A program made the position numbers and the translations under genes. Positions 38,097 through 42,648 of a stretch of DNA of 42,648 nt are shown here, one piece after another (the first letter of the stretch is position 1; every line of letters starts with the position of its first letter). Below the pieces are notes generated by a model, which did no database searches, was not told the DNA's origin, and worked only from the letters and a program-made list of their open reading frames with translations. The stretch lies in contig ML002316.1 of assembly GCA_003614675.1 (NCBI GenBank), forward strand, positions 1 through 42,648, given 5' to 3'. This stretch comes from Dimargaris cristalligena (lineage: Eukaryota).

Positions 38097-39311
38097 TCAG
38101 GTTACCATAGATAGGGGTAGCCCGCACGCAGTGCTCCAGCCACGGGATTGAAGGTGTCCACCTACATCTGCAATACGATTCTTGACCTTATCAAAGAATG
38201 ATTCACCTTTGCCACCGGCAAGAAAGGGTTGTGTTTCTTCAATTATCTTTCGGCTATCACCCAAAAACTTCATGCGCACCATTGAAATTGGGTTTCCCCC
38301 CTGGCGACTTTGGTTCTTTTGTTTTTTCGTCAGAGCGGGCAACGACTCCAGGGGCACAAGTTCCAATTTTCCCCGAAACTCAGTGGTAGCGTACGCTCTA
38401 ATTTCCGGGTGGATGGGGTAATTGAAAACATATCCATTTCCGAGAACGCTCCCCACAGTAGCCCCCGCATAAACCTCATAGTTCAAGACGACCATTTCTG
38501 CTGGGACCAAATATTGTTGAAAAGCCCACCATGGGGATCGCACGGTCATGGTCGCCACGTTCTCCCACTGTTCTTCGACAAGTTTAGCCAGCCGGAACTG
38601 TTTGTTAACACCATCGTACTCGTAGCCTAAATTGGGAAAGCCCGCTAGCTCGTCCCGATAAATACCTAAGAGCACTGGTTTTAGATCGGGCGCTTCTCCC
38701 TTCAATAGTTTGCGGGTGATAAATCCGATGGCTTCGTCCTGGTTGATAGTGATTAGACTCTTAGCCAAGGGCTCGTCATTTTCCGCCTGACCACCGACTC
38801 CGTTTGCCTGGTGGCCTTGGACAGAGTACTCTCTGAGTTGTAGGGTAAGGGTCTCACCCCCCACGCGCTCGGTCCAACTAATGCGGCGTTGAATAGACAC
38901 CAGATAACGGCGGGTAATGCCGCACCATAGCACATGAATAATCTCCAAGGCCGTCCCAATGAGATTATTTCTTTTCTTGAACCGCATGGGGGTAGACTCC
39001 ACCTGGATATTTCTCAGATACGAAGGGACAGTCTTCCCTTTTGGGTTTGCCCCTTGGTCGACGATGAACCTATTGACAGTTTGTTCGACCCACTGCCGCA
39101 CCAAGGCCTGGATATCGGCAAACGGAAGCGGTTCGCGGTTAGGCATAGGGTCCGGGCTATTGAGGGGATCCCATAGTCCGAGGACCGGGAGGGATTCTCC
39201 CATATTGGGCGCTGGACTACCGTGCACCATGCTGTTAAGCGCGACTAGGGCGAAAAGCGCCACCATCGTGGCATAGGCCAAAGGTCGATTGCGGGAAAAG
39301 ACGGGGCACAT
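38097..39311 (-). CDS. Orphan predicted secreted protein, 404 aa, intronless
   Basis: Long open frame from ATG 39311 (or ATG 39266); N-terminus ...MVALFALVALNSMVHG-SPAP looks like a signal peptide. No family motif recognised. Confidence 0.75.
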   Translation of the reverse strand: MCPVFSRNRPLAYATMVALFALVALNSMVHGSPAPNMGESLPVLGLWDPLNSPDPMPNREPLPFADIQALVRQWVEQTVNRFIVDQGANPKGKTVPSYLRNIQVESTPMRFKKRNNLIGTALEIIHVLWCGITRRYLVSIQRRISWTERVGGETLTLQLREYSVQGHQANGVGGQAENDEPLAKSLITINQDEAIGFITRKLLKGEAPDLKPVLLGIYRDELAGFPNLGYEYDGVNKQFRLAKLVEEQWENVATMTVRSPWWAFQQYLVPAEMVVLNYEVYAGATVGSVLGNGYVFNYPIHPEIRAYATTEFRGKLELVPLESLPALTKKQKNQSRQGGNPISMVRMKFLGDSRKIIEETQPFLAGGKGESFFDKVKNRIADVGGHLQSRGWSTACGLPLSMVT

Positions 39312-41030
39312 GCTAAGTGGCAGTGAATGGGTGGGGGAGAGAGGGGGGGGTATAAGGATAATACGATACAAAGATACAGATACTCTTAAAATGGAGAAAG
39401 ACGAACAATATAATATAAACCCACTACTATATCGAATAGCGGCAACACGGCCCCTGTCCAAACGAATGGCTAATTAGAATATGGTAGGTAATTGGGGTAA
39501 TAATCTACGGAAATTTATACGGGCCCGAAGAGGTAGTATTAGTTAATGAACAAGGAGCGTAGGGAGAGGGGGAAATCGAGCGTAGTTTATAAACGGGGGA
39601 AGGGTGGGTGGCTAACAGTGCCTCGTCCCTAATGGAGCGAAATTGTAATATTTTCGACCACCTGGAGTGGAAGTGGGTCAAAGAGTTTGCGGTGGAGGAG
39701 AAGGATACTAGGGTCTTTCGATTAATCTATTTCGGTCTTCAACTTCATTGAACCATCTATGTTACCCTATACGCAACTGATAGAATACTGGGGGAGGCAA
39801 TTGTAATTAAATTGCATGAAGTAATATAAACGGTATTTCCTTTGTTATCAATAATGATCGCAGTTAAGAGCCGAATCTACGGACTGACTTGGGGCGGATA
39901 GCAGTGGGCGGGATGGATGGGTTACACCCGTCCTCGAGGGCAATAGGATGAGGGTAGTTCTGGGACTAAGTGAATCCAATGCGGAAACTGGCCGAACGGA
40001 TATTCACCGTACACTATGGGGAAAAAGAGTGAGGCACTCGTCCATGGGTATATACCATGTGTTCTTTCTTTCACCTCCCCACACCTTCTCTTGGAGATCC
40101 AACATGGGCAGGTTTAATTACAATGGATGATTGGACGGGGCTAAATCTCGTCTTTCCCCAACCGAGCCCATTTTGACGCCATTATACACCCTTTATTTAC
40201 CTGATTATATACAACCATTGCGGTTTCAAAACGGGCAGTTAAGACCTCACCTGGCTCGGTTGCTTTCAAGCCGAGGATTAGATGCTGGTGACCCAACTAC
40301 GCCCCCAATATCCGCTAATCGACAGAAACATGTATTAACTGGTGAGCATAGTAAGTGGCAGCTTAAAGATATAGCATGCATGTAATTTCCATTCGGGTCT
40401 ACTTTCTGGTATATTCCATACAGGCGCAGCATGCACATAATCACATTATCGTAAACTGCACTACCGACTTTATTTTTAGTCCATCATCCAGCTGTTTGAA
40501 GAGGACAGGTCTCAAATGGGGGACATCAGGGCCTCTCCCAACTTTCATGACTAGAGCCTGTAAAAAAAAAGAAATGACTATACACCAATAGAATAGAATA
40601 GAATAGAGGGCACATAGGGGGCTCGCAATAGCGATGTGGTTGATATCTAACAGCGAGGAGTTGTGCAACCATTGTGCGAAATTGAGTACAAAGAGACTCG
40701 ACAAAAATAGATAAAATCGGAGAATGATGCAGGGGAATTCAAAGGAAATGGGTCGGGTGTAGGTTTAGCCACAGTGTACGAATAAAAAATACTGACATCC
40801 CTAGGAAGGCTGAGTCGGGGCTACATTGTCTCAGTCTGAAGCGCTGTCTTGAATATTCCATCGAAAAATATGACGCCGTTTTTATTTGAACGGGGGAAAT
40901 CAGCCCTGTTGAATTAGTGGCCCAAAAAGGGGGGGGAGAATGGCTTGTCGTGGTAGCGGACTTTCGTTTTACAACAACGAATGGTATTATTGGTTAGATG
41001 TGCAATAGGTGGAGTTGATGAAGGAAGGGG

Positions 41031-41400
41031 TTATTGACTGGTGATAGGTATATCGATGAGTGAAGGAGAATGAGTGGCGAAGGGTAAAAAGACGGCGGCG
41101 GTGGTACCTTCTTCTCTCATGGTAACCAGAGCTAACTTCGTGTTGGTCATATCCAGCCCTTTACGATATCGGCCCACTTTGGCTGTCAAGTATTCCACCT
41201 ACTCCTCCAGGGCCTGTACGTAGCCCCTTTTTTTGTGTCACTATTCTTTGGTTATAATACAGTTGCACAGATGTCAATGCTCCTGACTATCATCAGAGGC
41301 AGTCGTGCTGCCCCATTTGGCAATACCATTACCACTAGCTGCTGTGCACTGGGTTGGTGGCCACCCTAGTGAAATGTTTATATATATTGTTCTCGCTAGT
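41031..41400 (-). pseudogene. bZIP transcription factor pseudogene (5' limit uncertain, may extend to ~41700)
   Basis: Frame from 41285: QEH*HLCNCIITKE**HKKRGYVQALEE*VEYLTAKVGRYRKGL. Fits N-x7-R-x9-L-x6-L once TGA is read as former CGA; four in-frame stops. Confidence 0.75.
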
Positions 41401-42593
41401 TGCTGGTGGCCTGTGAGTGGGTGGGGTATGGTCATCACCACCAGCACTATAGAAGGAACCTGGTGGAATAGTGTATTCCTTTGCCATTTATACCTTCCAG
41501 TATATCAAAGGCGGGATTGGCAGGCTAGGTGGGGTTGACTGCCACTGAATTAGCTGGGTGAACACCACTGGTTGAAGAGCCCATGGCAACTGAATCAATT
41601 GAGCCATCAATGGAATGGCCAGATACACTTGGATGTGTAACTGGAGTAAAGTGACTTGGCGCCTCCCTATTAAATAACCCTTCATCCTAATGACTTTATC
41701 CTCACTTTTTTATTCTCTGCCCCCCGGTGTTCAGTGCAGAGAGTGCTGTGATGGTACTATACAAATCATCCAACTACCCAATCTTGTCTAAGGTATATGG
41801 GGAGCTAGAATGCTTCTGCTGCTGGGAGTCATGGGTGATAGTGGTTGTGCTAATGTGTGAAGGGTTTGATATGACTAGTACAGGGATAATAAACCCAGGC
41901 ATATAAAAATATACAACTAAACCCACATGGGCTGATTTGGAATATAAGCATGAATAATGGTAATTGTCCCCAACATGTTGCTTGGAGCCCTTAGGGGTGA
42001 TGGCCTGACCAGCACCAATATTTTTGGGAAATCTTTAATACTTGGTGGGGGGTCTCTCTCTGTGAAACAGTAGTCACTGTGGTCCAATTGGAGAATAGAT
42101 ATAAGTGGGCCATGTATTAATTGGCAAGCTATAATCAGGCTCGAAAAGGGTAGACAGTAGTGGCATGAGGAGCACAATATTCATGGAGTAGTTTATGGGT
42201 ACAGGTAGTATGCAGAATTTGGAAGGTGAGTTATTCAAATTTAATAATAATAGTAGTTAATAAACTTGATAATTACAAGTAGTTCTAATCTAATGAAACA
42301 TAAATAAGTGAGGATATTCCTGGTAATTATTATTTATAGTATCAAATCAATATTGGCCTAAATATTAATTTAGGAGGAATTATGATAGTTTGGGGATTAT
42401 ATATGACTATTTTTCTGAATATAGTATTGAAATTAGGTTAAATCACAGGTCATATTACCTCATGATGTTATTCAATTATACTAATTTAAAAAAAAACTGC
42501 TCGTTAAACATAATAGGACCATGTTTCTTACCTATAATATATATAAAAGCCGTTTATTAAATAGTTCTGCGATAACTGCAAATTTAAAAAATT

Positions 42594-42648
42594 TGGAGGA
42601 CCAGGGTATCGATCCCCGTGCCTCTCGCATGCTAAGCGAGCGCTCTCC
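42594..42648 (-). tRNA. tRNA-Ala(AGC), 5' end cut off by the window edge
   Basis: Minus strand GGAGAGCG-CTCGC-TTAGCAT-GCGAG-AGGCA-CGGGG-ATCGATA-CCCTG-GTCCTCC-A, followed by a T6 Pol III terminator at 42591-42586. Anticodon AGC and the Ala-type A54 T-loop. Confidence 0.93.

Overview
Eukaryotic genomic DNA, most likely from an early-diverging fungus (an inference from gene content and GT-AG introns with CTAAC-type branch sites). I spliced the genes by hand. Left to right: TRM8 tRNA m7G46 methyltransferase (+), PET117 (+), a DUF2415-like WD40 protein (-), the molybdopterin synthase sulfur carrier MOCS2A (-), mitochondrial Hsp70 (+), Mediator subunit MED19/Rox3 (+), an RraA-like/HMG-aldolase protein (-), a Josephin deubiquitinase (+), a Set3/Set4-type PHD-SET protein (+), a disrupted ORF (-), an orphan secreted protein (-), a bZIP pseudogene decayed by CpG transitions (-) and a truncated tRNA-Ala(AGC) (-). 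There are two copies of a 144-bp MITE-like element. The most unusual signal is dense, mostly sense-strand-biased RNA secondary structure in the long first introns of MED19, the WD40 gene and (more weakly) Josephin, and in the TRM8 5' leader, in places overlapping splice signals. All pairings were found by eye; no folding or database searches were run.
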